This document shows, one piece after another, positions 51,363 to 63,320 of a stretch of 64,000 bases of DNA. The stretch comes from Lama glama (Eukaryota): NCBI GenBank assembly GCA_028534125.1, contig CM052832.1:9240001-9304000 (forward strand). Direction: 5' to 3'. The notes under the pieces are model-generated. The model searched no databases. It had not been told where the DNA came from and worked only from the letters and a program-made list of their open reading frames with translations. Made by a program: the position numbers and the translations under genes. Position 1 is the first letter of the stretch, and each line of letters begins with the position of its first letter.

Positions 51363-51879
51363 TTTTTTGCCAGGTTCCTGTGCATATCTTTATCACAGCA
51401 CCTTCCTTATCTTACAATAGTAACGTCTCCTAAGAGTAGCTTTCACTTTATGCCTAAGCCCTAGCATAGTAACTGGCAGGTAGCAACCACTCATTCTGTT
51501 TGTTGAACAATTAAAGACTTGTAAAGGATAAATAAAAATTACTGATGAAATAATTAAATGGCAACAACAACAACAAAAAATAAATCTGATAATATTATGG
51601 TGCTTTTACAATGGCCCCTGACACATAGTAAATAAATACTCAGTAAGTGTTTTTTTAATCAACAAATATTCATAACTACAATGTATGAAGCACTATAAAG
51701 TAGACAGGGTACTGTAAATTACAAGCATTTTATGTTATAACTGTTAGAGCAATAAACAGCACAGACCAAAATCCCTGACCTCATGGAACTTACATTTTAA
51801 TAGGGAAGACAGACAATAAGTAAAATAAATAGGTGAAATCCGTAGCTTGTTAGATGGCGAAAAAAAAAAAAAAAAAGGC

Positions 51880-52770
51880 AAGAAGCAAAGACTTAACCAT
51901 TTATATACTTTGCCAAGGAGGAAATAAGCACATGAAAAGATGGTCAATGTAATCAACCATTTGGAAAATGCAAATTAAAACTATGATGAGCTACTACTAT
52001 ACCCCATTAGGATGAAAAAAAAAAAATCAATAACAACAAAAGCCTAACAGCATCTACTGATGGAAAGGTTGTGGAGCAAGTGGAACTCTCATTCATTGCT
52101 GATGGGAATATAAAATGGTATTTAGGAAAACAATTTGCCTGTCTCTTATAAAGTTAAACACATACTTACCATATGATATGGTATGATCCCCCTCCTAAGG
52201 ATTTACCTTAGAAAAATGAATTTTATGTTCACCCCAAAACCTGCCCATGGATGTTTGTATCTGCTTTATTCATAATTATCACCTTACACTGGAGACAACC
52301 CCCAAATCCTTCAATGGCTGCATAGATAAACTGGGTACACTCATACTCTTTAGCATTAAAATACTATTTAGCAATAAATATTATTGCTAGCACAGTATGA
52401 ATACTATTGAGCAATAAAAAGGAATGAACTATTATTATCACATGCAGCGACATGAAGGAGTCTGAAAGACATTGTGGAGTCAAAGAAACCAGTCTCGAAA
52501 GATTGTCTATTTTATGATTCCATTTCTATGACATTCAAGAAAAAGGCCAAGTGAAGGAGTATTGGAAAACAGACCAGTGGTTGCCAGGGGTTAGGGATGG
52601 GGGGAGAGTGTGACTCTAAAGGGAGAGCATGAGGGATTTTTTTAGGGTGTGGCTGATAGAACTCTGTATCCTGATGGTGATGATGTTTACACATAGGACT
52701 GTACACACACATGCACATACACACATCAATTTTACTACATGTTGACTTAAAAAAAGAAAGAAAAGAAAGC
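51880..52770 (+). mobile_element. Old L1 (L1MC/MB-like) ORF2 end and 3' UTR
   Basis: aagcacatgaaaagatg...aaatgcaaattaaaac...aagttaaacacatacttaccatatg...agtggttgccagggg. Confidence 0.85.
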
Positions 52771-53486
52771 CTATACCTAGGTAGGGGCTCTGAATCCGTC
52801 TGAAAGATATGTTTGCCAAAATCCTGTGTCCAACAACTCAATTCCAAAGTAAGAAACAAATATTATTAATTCAAATAAACAGATTATTTAAAAAAAGAAA
52901 AAGCAAGGAAAAACAAACCGAAACCAGACCCTCCATGTACAGGCTCAGAACCTCAGTGTCAGAGCTGAGTTACTAGGTAATGATCCTACACAACCACACA
53001 TTATGCTTTAGATTATTAAAGTAACAGCTTGAACTGAGAAAACTAGGTAGAGGTGCTTTCTGATGTGAAATTGTTACCATTCAGAGGTTTACTGGGTTGT
53101 TTTTCTTCTTTGACTTAATTTCATTTTCTATTTCAGGCTGGATCTATTGATAAGCACTCTGGGGCTATTTTTGTGAAAAAGAAAAGAAAAGAAAAAAAAG
53201 TATGTGTGTGTAAGCATTCATAGTTGGTTACAAGTGATCTGTGTTTTCTTTTTGAATCTTAATGTTTTTAAAAATTTCTCTAATGAGCATGTATTACTTT
53301 ACATATAGCCTAAATAAATTAAAGAACTTGAGTCAGATGCTAACTAGAGTGTCTTCCATATATGAAGATTTCTGACTTTTATTTTGTAGGCAAGAATAGG
53401 CTTAGTTACTCTAGGTATGCTATCTAGTGATTGTAAATGTGCTTCTAAAAGGATTTCAAACTGAGTTCCCTTAAAAAGAGTGTATA

Positions 53487-54104
53487 AACAATTTGGCAGT
53501 TCCTCAAAAAAGTTAAACATAGAATTACCATATGACCCAGCAATTCCACTCCAATGTGTATAGCCAAAAGAACTGAAAACAGGTATTCAAATTTGTACAT
53601 GTTCATTCATGTTCATTGCAGCAAAATTTACAATTGCCAAAAGCTAGAAACAACCCAAATGTCCATCAGCTGATGAAAGGATAAAGAAAATGTCGTATGT
53701 CCACACAAGGGAATATTATCCAGCCACAAAAAGGAATGAAGTACTGAAACATGCTACAGCACGGATGAACTGCAAACACAATATGGTAAGTGAAAGCAGC
53801 CAGACAGAAAAGGTCACATGTTGTGTGATTCCATTTATATGAAATATCCAGAATATATAAACCTACAGACAGAAGGCAGATAAGTGGTTGTGACGGGCTA
53901 GGGGGAAGGAAGAACAGGGAGTGACTGCTTAATGGGTATGGTGTTTCCCTTTGGGGTGATAAAAATGTTTTGGAACTAGACAGATGTGATGATTATACAA
54001 CATTGTGAATACACAAAGTGCCACTGAATTAGGCACTTTAAAATGATTCACTTTAAAATGATTAACATTGTGTTCTGTGACTTTTACCTCAATTTTTCAA
54101 AAAA
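53487..54104 (+). mobile_element. L1MB-like 3' end
   Basis: aagttaaacatagaattaccatatgacccagcaattccactcc...aaacaacccaaatgtccatcagctgatg...ttttacctcaat. Confidence 0.9.
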
Positions 54105-54569
54105 GATGAAGTGTGTCCCTGCAATTTTATTCATATGTGCTGCAAAATCTTTGTTTTTCAAGGAAATTATAAAGGATAAATTTAGTTTTGCCCATGTCTG
54201 AATAGTTAAGAACTCAGAGTGGCATGCGAATTAATCAGTGATATGTACTTTTTTGGAAAGTGATCTGAATAGTCTAAAAATGTTTAGAGGAATTGAGTAG
54301 TCGGAATGGTTACAAATCAGAATAATGAACTCCCTTTGTACAAGCTTTTCAATGCTCCTCATGTGTAAAACTATCTACAGATATTTAATTAGACCAAAAT
54401 CCTCTGTTGGAATACATTCTATTTCCTTGCAATTCTTGGGACATTGTGCCTGTGAAAGGTACTTTTTGTTGTGATGTTGGCCTAAGGGTCAGAGAAATAA
54501 GGGTGAAGGGGAGTCGTGTGCTGTCTGAAAAATTTTTACTCCTGAAAATTTCAGGTAAAAGTCCTAAAC

Positions 54570-55310
54570 TGGATATTCTCTGCCCTTTCCAGATTCACTC
54601 TTACCTTTTTCCACAGCAGCCTATGCCCTGACAGAATGATCTCCATTGATTTCATCAATGGGCTCCCATACCTTCTAGCTTCCTATATGGTTTGGCTGTA
54701 TAGGGTCTAGCCCTATAGGGTTCAGTCAATGGGAAGCACACGCAGGAGATCAGAGGACAGGGCAGAGAGAAGCTGGGGTGTGTGTTCACCTGCCGCCCTC
54801 TCTACAGGCTATGGGTTGACTAAGGCTGTGTTCTTCTGTTTTGTGTTCTCACAGAAGGCCACCACTTATGTGGCCCGTGACCCTCTCCTACAGCCACAGC
54901 CACAACCTCAGCTACAGCTCTCTCTCCATTCCAGACATTTCTCTTTTTTGCCATTTCTGACTTATGAGTGGTAAAGGCTCCACACGGGCTTTAGTCCTTT
55001 GGTGCTATACCATCCCTTGCTGGTTTTCCTGAGACCCACACAAAGGACTGACTACATAATTTGCAGGGTCCAGTGCAAAACGAAAATGCAGAATTTTTTG
55101 TTCAAAAGTCACTAGGGATTTCAAGATGACAACCACAAGGCATTAAACAGTGCAAGACCCTTCTAAGTGCGGGGTCCTGTGTAACCACACAAGTTGCACA
55201 CCCACAAAACCCACCCTGTCTGCACACTATTGTAAATAGTGTTTACTTTCAATGGTCCTCCATTACCTGTTGATCGTGCCACCGTTTCCTGCCAGGATCC
55301 TTTCTAATAC
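54570..55310. mobile_element. ERVL-class LTR remnant with a nested MER91A-type hAT MITE at about 55043-55218 (minus strand)
   Basis: The inner element ctacataatttgcagggtccagtgcaaaacgaaaatgc...tttcaagatgac...gtgcggggtcctgtg matches MER91A. The flanks are LTR-like and end ttcctgccaggatcctttctaataca. Confidence 0.65.
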
Positions 55311-55413
55311 AAGGTCCTATGGGTTCTCTTTCTCATTTAAAAAATTGTGACTCCATTAGGGCTTCTAGAAAAGTAGCTGTTATCTATACTTAGATTTAAA
55401 CACAGTACAATTT

Positions 55414-56201
55414 CTCAGCCATGAAAAAGAGTGAAATAGTGCCATTTGCAGCAACATGGCTGGACCTAGAGATCATCATACTAAGTGTAGTAAGCCAGAA
55501 AGAGAAAGAAAAATACCATATGATACCATTTATATATGGAATCTAAAAAAAAAACCAGACACAAATTAACATATTACAAAACAGAAACAGACTCACAGAC
55601 ATAGAAAACAAACCTATGGTTACTGGGGGGAAAGAGGGTGGGGAGGGATAAAATGGGAGTTCAGGATTTGCCGATACAAACAACTATATGTAAAATAGAT
55701 AAACAACAAGGTCCTACTGCATAGCACAGGGAACTATATTCAATATCTTGTAATAACCTATAATGAAAAAGAGTTGGAAAAGATATATATATATAAACTG
55801 AATCACTATGCTGTACACTAGAAACTAACACAACATTGCAAATCAGTATACTTCAATTTACAAATAAATAAATGAGAGGGAGGGATAAATTAGTAGTTTG
55901 GGATTAACAGATACACATTACTATATATAAAATAGATAAACAACAAGGACTTACTGTATAGCACAGGGAACTTTATTCAGTTTCTTATAATAACATATAA
56001 TGGAAAAGAATCTGAAAAAAATATATATGTATGTCAGTTGCTTTGCTATACACCTGAGACTAACATTATAAATCAACTACACTGCAATGAAAAATGAAAT
56101 AATAATAATAAAAAAAAACGGATGTAGGAAGGGACAGATTGAATACTGATCAATAAAAATCCCCTTGAATTTCCCCCCCAAAAATAAATAAATAGGGGAA
56201 A
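55414..56201 (+). mobile_element. Composite L1 insertion: L1 3' end, second L1 3' fragment, unique tail and poly(A)
   Basis: gccatttgcagcaacatggctggacctagagatcatcatactaagt...cttcaat. Perfect 16-bp TSD aaacacagtacaattt at 55398-55413 and 56202-56217. Confidence 0.9.
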
Positions 56202-57115
56202 AAACACAGTACAATTTAAAACTTTTTAACAGATTTGCATCTGCAGTAGGAAATTTACTCTCTCTCTTCCCTGCCCCTATGCCAAACAAAGCCACTCATT
56301 TGGGAACCAGAGAGGGCCACCACAGCCCTTGAGCACTACCCACCCTGTGCTGTTACCCAGCTGAAGTGTGTGACTCCCAGGCATAACTTCAGAGCAGGCG
56401 GAGGAAATTTTAGCAGCAATTTCAACCAATGAGTTCCTTTTTTGTGTGTGTGCTGGATATAGAATCTACTAAATAGCCTAGTTTTTTGTTTGTTTGTTTT
56501 GTTTTTTCCCTCTTGGAAGTAAGACTTAAACTGAGACTTTTCTCATAGCCTGGAAGCTATTTTCTCTCTCTGGTTAGAAACTTGCCTGCGATAGCGATCT
56601 CTTAGTATTACTAAACACACACCAGCTAGGCCCCATGTCTTGAGTAAGGCCTGATCTCTCAACACTGTCCTTAACAGACTTGGGGGTTGAGGTGACAATC
56701 AACAAAGTATGCTATCTTGTTGCATTGGTTTCAAAATGGGAGTCCCATAAACCCTTCTGTGCTGTGACTTTTTGCTTTCATTGCTTTGGTTGTTACAGAG
56801 ACAGGGATGGCAAAAAAATGAGAGTTTGAGAAATACTCTACAACCATTGTGTTTCACTTCTTGAACTTGCCACAGAATTATTTGTCCTTGACCACGGAGC
56901 CTTCTTCAACAACTTCATTAGTTACATCCATCACTCATTTCTGTGGCACACGCTGACTTGCTTGTTCTATCCTCGCGGTCCCTTGATTTGGTCATGTTGC
57001 CTCTCAGAGCCTCTCAGAGCAGGAAGCAGAGGTGGAATTTTCTTTCTATGCTTTTCTCCCCTCATTTCTCTATGCCTCCAGTTTCCCCAGCTTTTAAGCT
57101 CTGACAGCCACCTTT

Positions 57116-57503
57116 TTTTTTTTTTAATTTTTAAAAATTAAAGTACAGTCAATTACAATGTGTTAATTTCTGGTGTACAGCACAATGTCCCAGTCATGCA
57201 TATACATACATATATTCATTTTCATATTCTTTTTCACTAAAGGTTATTATAAGATGTTGAATATAGTTCTCTGTGCTATACAGAAGAAACTTTCTTAAAA
57301 AATCTATTTTTATATATAGTGGCTACAATTTGCAAATCTCAAACTCCTGAAGTTATCCCTTCCCATCCCCTTTCCCTGGTAACCATAAGATTGTTTACTA
57401 TGTCTGTGAGTCTGTTTCTGTTTTGTAGATGAGTTCATAGTGTCCTTTTTTTTTCTTTTTTAGATTCCACATATGAGTGATATCATGTGGTTATTTTTCT
57501 ATT
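57116..57503 (-). mobile_element. Young L1 3' UTR, same family as 40642-41996
   Basis: caatgtgttaatttctggtgtacagcacaatgtcccagtcatgcatatacatac. TSD is acagccaccttt at 57104-57115 and 57509-57520. Confidence 0.93.
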
Positions 57504-58298
57504 TCTGAACAGCCACCTTTAATATAAAGTATTATACAAAAAAAAAATAAAGTATTATACAGAAGGGTTTACTTCTTTGATGAGTTACCAAATATATTCT
57601 CCTTTTTTTCCTGAAATGCAAATTTTCTCTCAGAAAGGACAAACTTTCATTTCAAAAGATGATCATACAAAAAAATAATTCCAGCTGTTTAAATCCAGAG
57701 CACAGAAAAATAACTCCTAGAACAATATATGAATGCTCCCTGGGCCTGAAACATTTCTTTTGGTTGTGAATTGGCTACATGTCCATTTCCATTCAGTTCT
57801 GATCTGCTCTTGAGATAGGCCAATAAGCAGTGTGGCCTCAGACATGATCCTTCTCTTCTGAAAGCCAACTGCATCGCTTAGACTTCTAGTCTGGATGGCT
57901 GGAAGGGACCCCAAGAGGTCTTACACTCAAACTACAAAGGGGGAAACTTGGAGCAGCAGTTCTGGACAGGGTGACATAGCTGGTAAGCACAGAGTTGAGA
58001 CTTTTGCCCAGTGCATCAGATTCCTAATCCAGGCAATTCTAAAGTGGCTCAGCAGAGACAGATATTTTCCAGGAAAATCAGCCTAGTCCTCCTGCCACCT
58101 CCTTCCTGTACACTGTCTTCTTTGTGGTTGAGTGGGTCCTTAACAACTACTTGTCCACCTTGCTCTCTGCAGTGTTCATCTCTGTCACCTCCCTGGCTTA
58201 CCTGTCAGACATAGGTGCTCTGAATATCTCTCAGTAACAAAATTGCCCTTTTTGCATATCTACTATAAGCCAGTACTGTATTTCAACACTTAAAAACT

Positions 58299-58361
58299 TG
58301 TGTGTGTGTATATATATATATATAATTCTCACATTGTAAACTGACTATACTTCAATTTTTA
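58299..58361 (+). repeat. (TG)n(TA)n microsatellite fused to an L1 terminal fragment
   Basis: tgtgtgtgtgtatatatatatatata followed by cacattgtaaactgactatacttcaa. Confidence 0.7.
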
Positions 58362-58889
58362 AAATCTCATAATTATTAATAACATTTCATAGTGATTGAA
58401 TAAGCATATTCATTTTAAATTTCAGTGCTTTAAAATATAATTATTTCATTTTGAAATTTACTTTAGACTTATTTGAAACATTTCAAACATTTAGTAGAAG
58501 TAGGGAGAAAAGTATAATAGTTTCAACAATTACCCATACTTTGCTATCTTGTTTTATCTCCTGATTTTTTATTGGGGGGAGGGGCTAGAATATTTGAAAA
58601 TAAATCTTAAACATAGTTTCACCCAAATTCCTCATAATGCATCTCTAATAGATAACTTAAGAAAAAACATAACCACCATAGCACTATTACATCTAAAAAA
58701 TTTAATAATTTCTTAACAGCTGTATCAAGTCTATATTTTACTTCCATGACGGGTCAACAATGTCCTTTTAATTTTTTCAGATCAGCCACGCAAGATCTAA
58801 ACACTGCATCTGATTTACCATGCATTTTAAAAGCCATTATTTACACACGAGTTTCACTTCATTTGACTAACGAAGAATGGCAGGGTCCC

Positions 58890-59270
58890 AGTTCACAAGT
58901 GGGTGAACTGGGGCTCAGAGAGGTTAAGAAACCTCCCCAGGGTCTCATTCCTGGTAGGGGCCAGACCCAGAACTTGAAAGTGCCTAAATTCAGACTCCAT
59001 TCTACTCTTCCTTCAGGCTACCAGACGTTTTCCTGTGTTGCAGAGGCAAGAGGCCTAGTGGTTGAGAGAGAGGGTTTAGGCTCAGGTTGGCCTGGATGCA
59101 AATTGGAGCAAGTTACATAATCTCTCTGATCCTCCACTTCTGTCTGCATCTGTAAAGTAAGGTTACAGATGATGGTTTGGTGCTTATTAAATAGAAGAAT
59201 GTATGTCTAGTACTTAGCACAGTGCTTGGCACATAAAATGCACTCAGTAAACCTTAGCTATTATTACTAG
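58890..59270. mobile_element. Two MIRs in opposite orientation (about 58890-59010 minus, about 59045-59270 plus)
   Basis: aactggggctcagagaggttaag, then tagtggttgagag...caagttacataatctctctg...tacttagcacagtgcttggcacata. Confidence 0.75.
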
Positions 59271-60084
59271 CATAGAGGAGGAGAAAGAATCACAAAGCGT
59301 TTGCTTTTGTCAGCAGCTCAGGAACGGTGGTTCATCATTGTTACTACAAACTCAACCTGTTTAGGTTTGAGGCTGAAGGCGTGTGTACTAGTGGTGGGAG
59401 TAGGGTGGTGATTCTGCCTGGATTGGAGAAGGAAGCCCTGCACATAATGATTTAAATAGGCATCCAAGGGGTGCTCCTGAGACCTCAGCTGAAAAACAGT
59501 TGAACATGTCTTCTGAGTTCTCAGTGTTTATTCTAATTTGGAACCACATCCACATAAATGCATTAAACCCCTTCCAAACAAATGAATTGCATTAAAACAA
59601 AAACAAAAACAAACAGCCCTCCCTAACCCTCTTACCTTAGGTAAGTGCTGAGAATGGGAAAACTAGGATCTAATGACAACAAGAACAACAACAATAATAA
59701 CAGTAACCCCCATACATTTTTTGCAGCCCTAGGAGGGCTTCGGTCACATAAGGCAGGTTTTGCACCAGGATGGGGCTATTTCAGCCTGACTCTGATTTCA
59801 TAGAACCAAAGTAGTATTTTAACTTTAGCTGTCCTCTGACACTCATTCTAAGAGTCCAGACCACTGCTCCCAGATTTAGGGTTGTCTTCAAGCACATGCA
59901 TTGTTAAGGGTTGAATCTATTGGCTAACTAAAGACTTTGTATGTATTGTCTGTGCCTTTTTTGGGGTGATTTCCCAGTTTTTTTGGTCATAGATCGTTTT
60001 TAATACTTAAGTCAGTTAATACTCTGTGGCTCTGATTTTCTAGAGTCCTTAAGGGATGGGGCACCTGACCCCACTTACAAATAA

Positions 60085-60420
60085 GAACTTGCCCAGTTTC
60101 TGTTCCAAGGGCTTTACATAGATGAACTTATTTAAATCTCATAATAACACTACATTGAAGGTACCTTTATTCTGATTTTACAGGTAAAGAAAGTGAGGTT
60201 AAGTAACTTGCCTCAGGTCAGAGCCTGCACGACTGACCATTAGGCTTACTACCTCTCTGTTGGAAAGCATATAGGGGTCCTTTGAAGGTGACACAGCAGC
60301 AATACTTTAGGTCCCAAATCCTGCCTTCTCCTTTAGGAGCAAGAAAGACCATGTGTCAATTTCCTCATTGACCCTGGGCAATTTACTTAATCCCTTCAAG
60401 CCTCAGATTCCTTATCTGCC
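60085..60420. mobile_element. MIR fragments (about 60085-60235 minus, about 60310-60420 plus)
   Basis: attttacaggtaaagaaagtgaggttaagtaacttgcctcaggtca, and tgaccctgggcaatttacttaatcccttcaagcctcagattccttatctg. Confidence 0.75.
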
Positions 60421-61699
60421 CCAGGGAGGAGTTTTAGATTAAAAGACCTCTCCTTGCATTACAAGTGTGGGTGTGTGCTGGGGGTGAGAGGCGGAGGGGC
60501 TGAGATTTCTGGGCGGGACTGAGCTGCTTTTCCTAGGTCTCTTGAGGAAACAGGGTGTTTTGAGGTTTTGTCCTAGTCACCTCCCTCCCAGGAGGTCAGG
60601 CTCCCCAGTCAGTGACAGCGCTTGGCTATTCCTCCTCGGCTTGGAAAAGTGCCGCCACCGCGGCCAGCTCAGGCCACAGCCCGGCTGTCCAGAGGTCGAG
60701 GGTGGGTCTTTTTTTTCCCTGAGGGAGTTAGAGATGAGATTGTATCCTTCGGAAAGCTTCCTGGAGGTAATGACAGTAGAGTCGACTCCTGAAGGTCTAG
60801 CAGGAGTTAGTAAGAAGAGGTGGAGGGGGAAGGGTTACCCCCCCACCCCGCCCCCAGCCACAGAACAAAGAAGCACTACCCGGCTTACAGTATAGGAGGA
60901 GGAGCTGTGAGAGTGGAGAGGTCTGTAGGGGCGAAATCGCGCGGGGGCTTCAGAGCTTTATTCTAAGAGCAACTGGGAGGGGTTTGAAGGAGTGGAGTCC
61001 GGAGTTTTAGAAAGATTCTTCAAGTCGCTTGGAAAGAATGGGTCGGAGAAGGGCAAGAGGATCTCATAGAACGCAATCGGGTTGGAAGATGACCGAGGAC
61101 TGAGGAAAGTAGGGGTGGAGGTTGGGACTGAACAGCTGAGCTTTCTCTAACCCCACGACACTGCGCTGTTCCTTTCTTTGCTTATGTGGAAGGGCCCCCT
61201 AAAGGGCAGGGCACCGGCCAAAGGCTCATAGAGCAGAATAGCACAGAGCCCCCTCCTCTTTCGGGGGCTCTCTGGTCCAGATGCCCCAGAATTGGTGGGG
61301 TTTTGCGGGAGAACTTACCACTGCTGAAGATGGAGAACCGTTACCCCTCAAAATACACAAAAACCTTGGCCGCTTTTGGCAGCAGCCTCCTCCGCCCATG
61401 ACCTCATGCTTTAAGCTCCCATATAGCCTTCCCCCGCCCTGTCCACACCCGGCGCCCGGGTGGGGGTGGGGTGGGGGGGATAGTGGCGAAGGTCTGGGTA
61501 GCCGAAGCACCTTCTTTATCCTGCGCGAAGATCTGGGGGAAGGGACGCAACGACTTCCCCACAGTGAAAAAAGCATGGTTTAACTTTCCCTTGAGCAAAA
61601 AGCACTCGCTGCCTTGTGGGCCCTCCACCAGATAGATGCCCCGAACCCGGCCCGAGGTGGTCTGTTCAGGCTAACCATGTTTGGTTCACATTTCCTTCG

Positions 61700-63320
61700 A
61701 CCAGAAAAGCTGCCTGTTAATGCTGGCGTCCCAGGCTAGACCGAAGGGCGGCCGCGCCTTCGAGGGACCTGGGGGCTGTCCGGCTCTTGTCCCCCTGGCG
61801 CCGCCGAGGTTTGAACCCTTGGCTCGCCTTTCAGCCCGCGCCCTGCCCCCTGTTCGCAGCTGCTCTCGGTTTGGGTGCAGCGGTTTCCCCCGCAGAAGAG
61901 GAGGAGGAGACAGCGCGAGGAGCGACTCCCGGCTCAGGTTTCCGCACCAATGCCGTGCAGCCCCGGGCGGCCCCCGGCGGCCAGCCCTCCTCCCCGGCAC
62001 CACGTTCCACAGTCATGGCGCACGAGGAGGGGCGAGCGCGCGCCGCGGCGGCACCCGCGCCCCCTCCCCTCTCCTCCGCCGCCCAGCCCCTGCCCCTCTC
62101 CTAGGCAACCTCCCTCCCTGGCCTGCTGCGCCGCGGAGATGGAGACCCCTCCCCAGAGGGCTGCAGTTCCAACGCTGTCTGCAGCACCCCCTCCCCGCCC
62201 CCATCGGGGCGGAGGAATGGAGCCGCGCGCTTCGCGAACCTCCAGCCCCTTCCCGGGAGCCTCAGCCCCACCGAGGCCAGGGTGCAGTGGGGGGTAGGCG
62301 CAGACCGTCTCCCCGTAGCCCACCTAGACCTTGGCATCTTTGCAACCCCTAAAATAATAAACAGAAACCCCAAAACCCAGTCTTTAGATTGCAAAGCGCG
62401 TTACAGTAACCGGGACGGCTACGCAGGAAACAATCCTGCACTGGCCCGGGTCTCAGGCGGCAGCTTCCCGGCCACGCCGCCTTCTCCTGGGCCTCGATTT
62501 TCCGGCCTTGCCAGAGAGTCGGCCACGCCCCGGGGCTGACAGGTCCCGTGCGGGGCCGCAACTCGGTCCGCGCCCCCGGCCCATCCTTATCCAGAGTCTC
62601 GCCAGCCTACAAAAGGTGCAACCTCACGCACTTGCAGAGCACACAATTAAGGTCGGCAGCGCATCGCCGGGGAGGCTACGAACAATGCGCCGGGCGGCCG
62701 GAGCCCGCCGGAGCGCGGCGCCCCGGGGGACAGGGGGCGCAGGCGGGGGCCGCGGCACAGGACCCGCCGGCCGCGGCGCTGGACACCTTACTTCCTGCTT
62801 CCCCGCCCGCGGCCAGACCCAGCTCTGCGGAGGGATATCTCTCCCCTTCTCTGTCCCTCTCTTTCCCTTCCCCCGCACCCCCCTTTTTTGCTTCTGCCTC
62901 CCCCCCCCTCCGCCTTTCTCCTTTTGCAAGAAAATAATTTGACAGTCGATTTGCTGACAGGGGAGGAATTTGCATCCTGGATTAAAAAAAAGGCCTAGAG
63001 GAGCTTGGGAACGGTTGCTAGGGGTGGGTAATGGGTGAAAAAAGGGGGGCACCGGGAGCGGATAAGGAGAGTTAAGGGAGGGGGCGAGGGTGGGGAGCAA
63101 TGCAAAAGGTAAGGCCAGGTTACCGCGGCTCGGCCCCGAGTGGGCTGCGGCCGGGGGAGGGGCGAGAGATACATATGTATTTCTGTCTCCCTAGCACACC
63201 CCCTTCCCTCTAAGCGATGGCTGAGAGGCGGTGCATGCAGATGGGGAGTAAGTTTCCTGAAGGGGAGGGTGGATGCACGCGCGCGGCCCCGCGCTGCAAA
63301 TTTCCACCGGGGAGGGAGAG
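61700..63320. promoter_or_regulatory. CpG-island promoter
   Basis: Abrupt rise in GC and CpG density against the CpG-depleted rest of the window. It has GC boxes (CCCCGCCCC 62193-62201, GGGGCGGAG 62206-62214), CCAAT at 61947-61951 and ETS-type ACTTCCTG at 62790-62797, and is free of repeats. Confidence 0.93.
62800..63108 (+). other. Probable first (mostly untranslated) exon of an unidentified gene; 5' boundary approximate
   Basis: A strong donor AAG|GTAAGG at 63108/63109 lies near the 3' edge of the CpG island. It follows a pyrimidine tract (about 62837-62926) and precedes G-run-rich intron-like sequence. Confidence 0.55.

Noticed and set aside
62800..63108. Assigning a gene symbol to the promoter and first exon
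   Set aside because: No coding sequence is in the window and I do not reliably recognise the leader. A BLAST search is needed.
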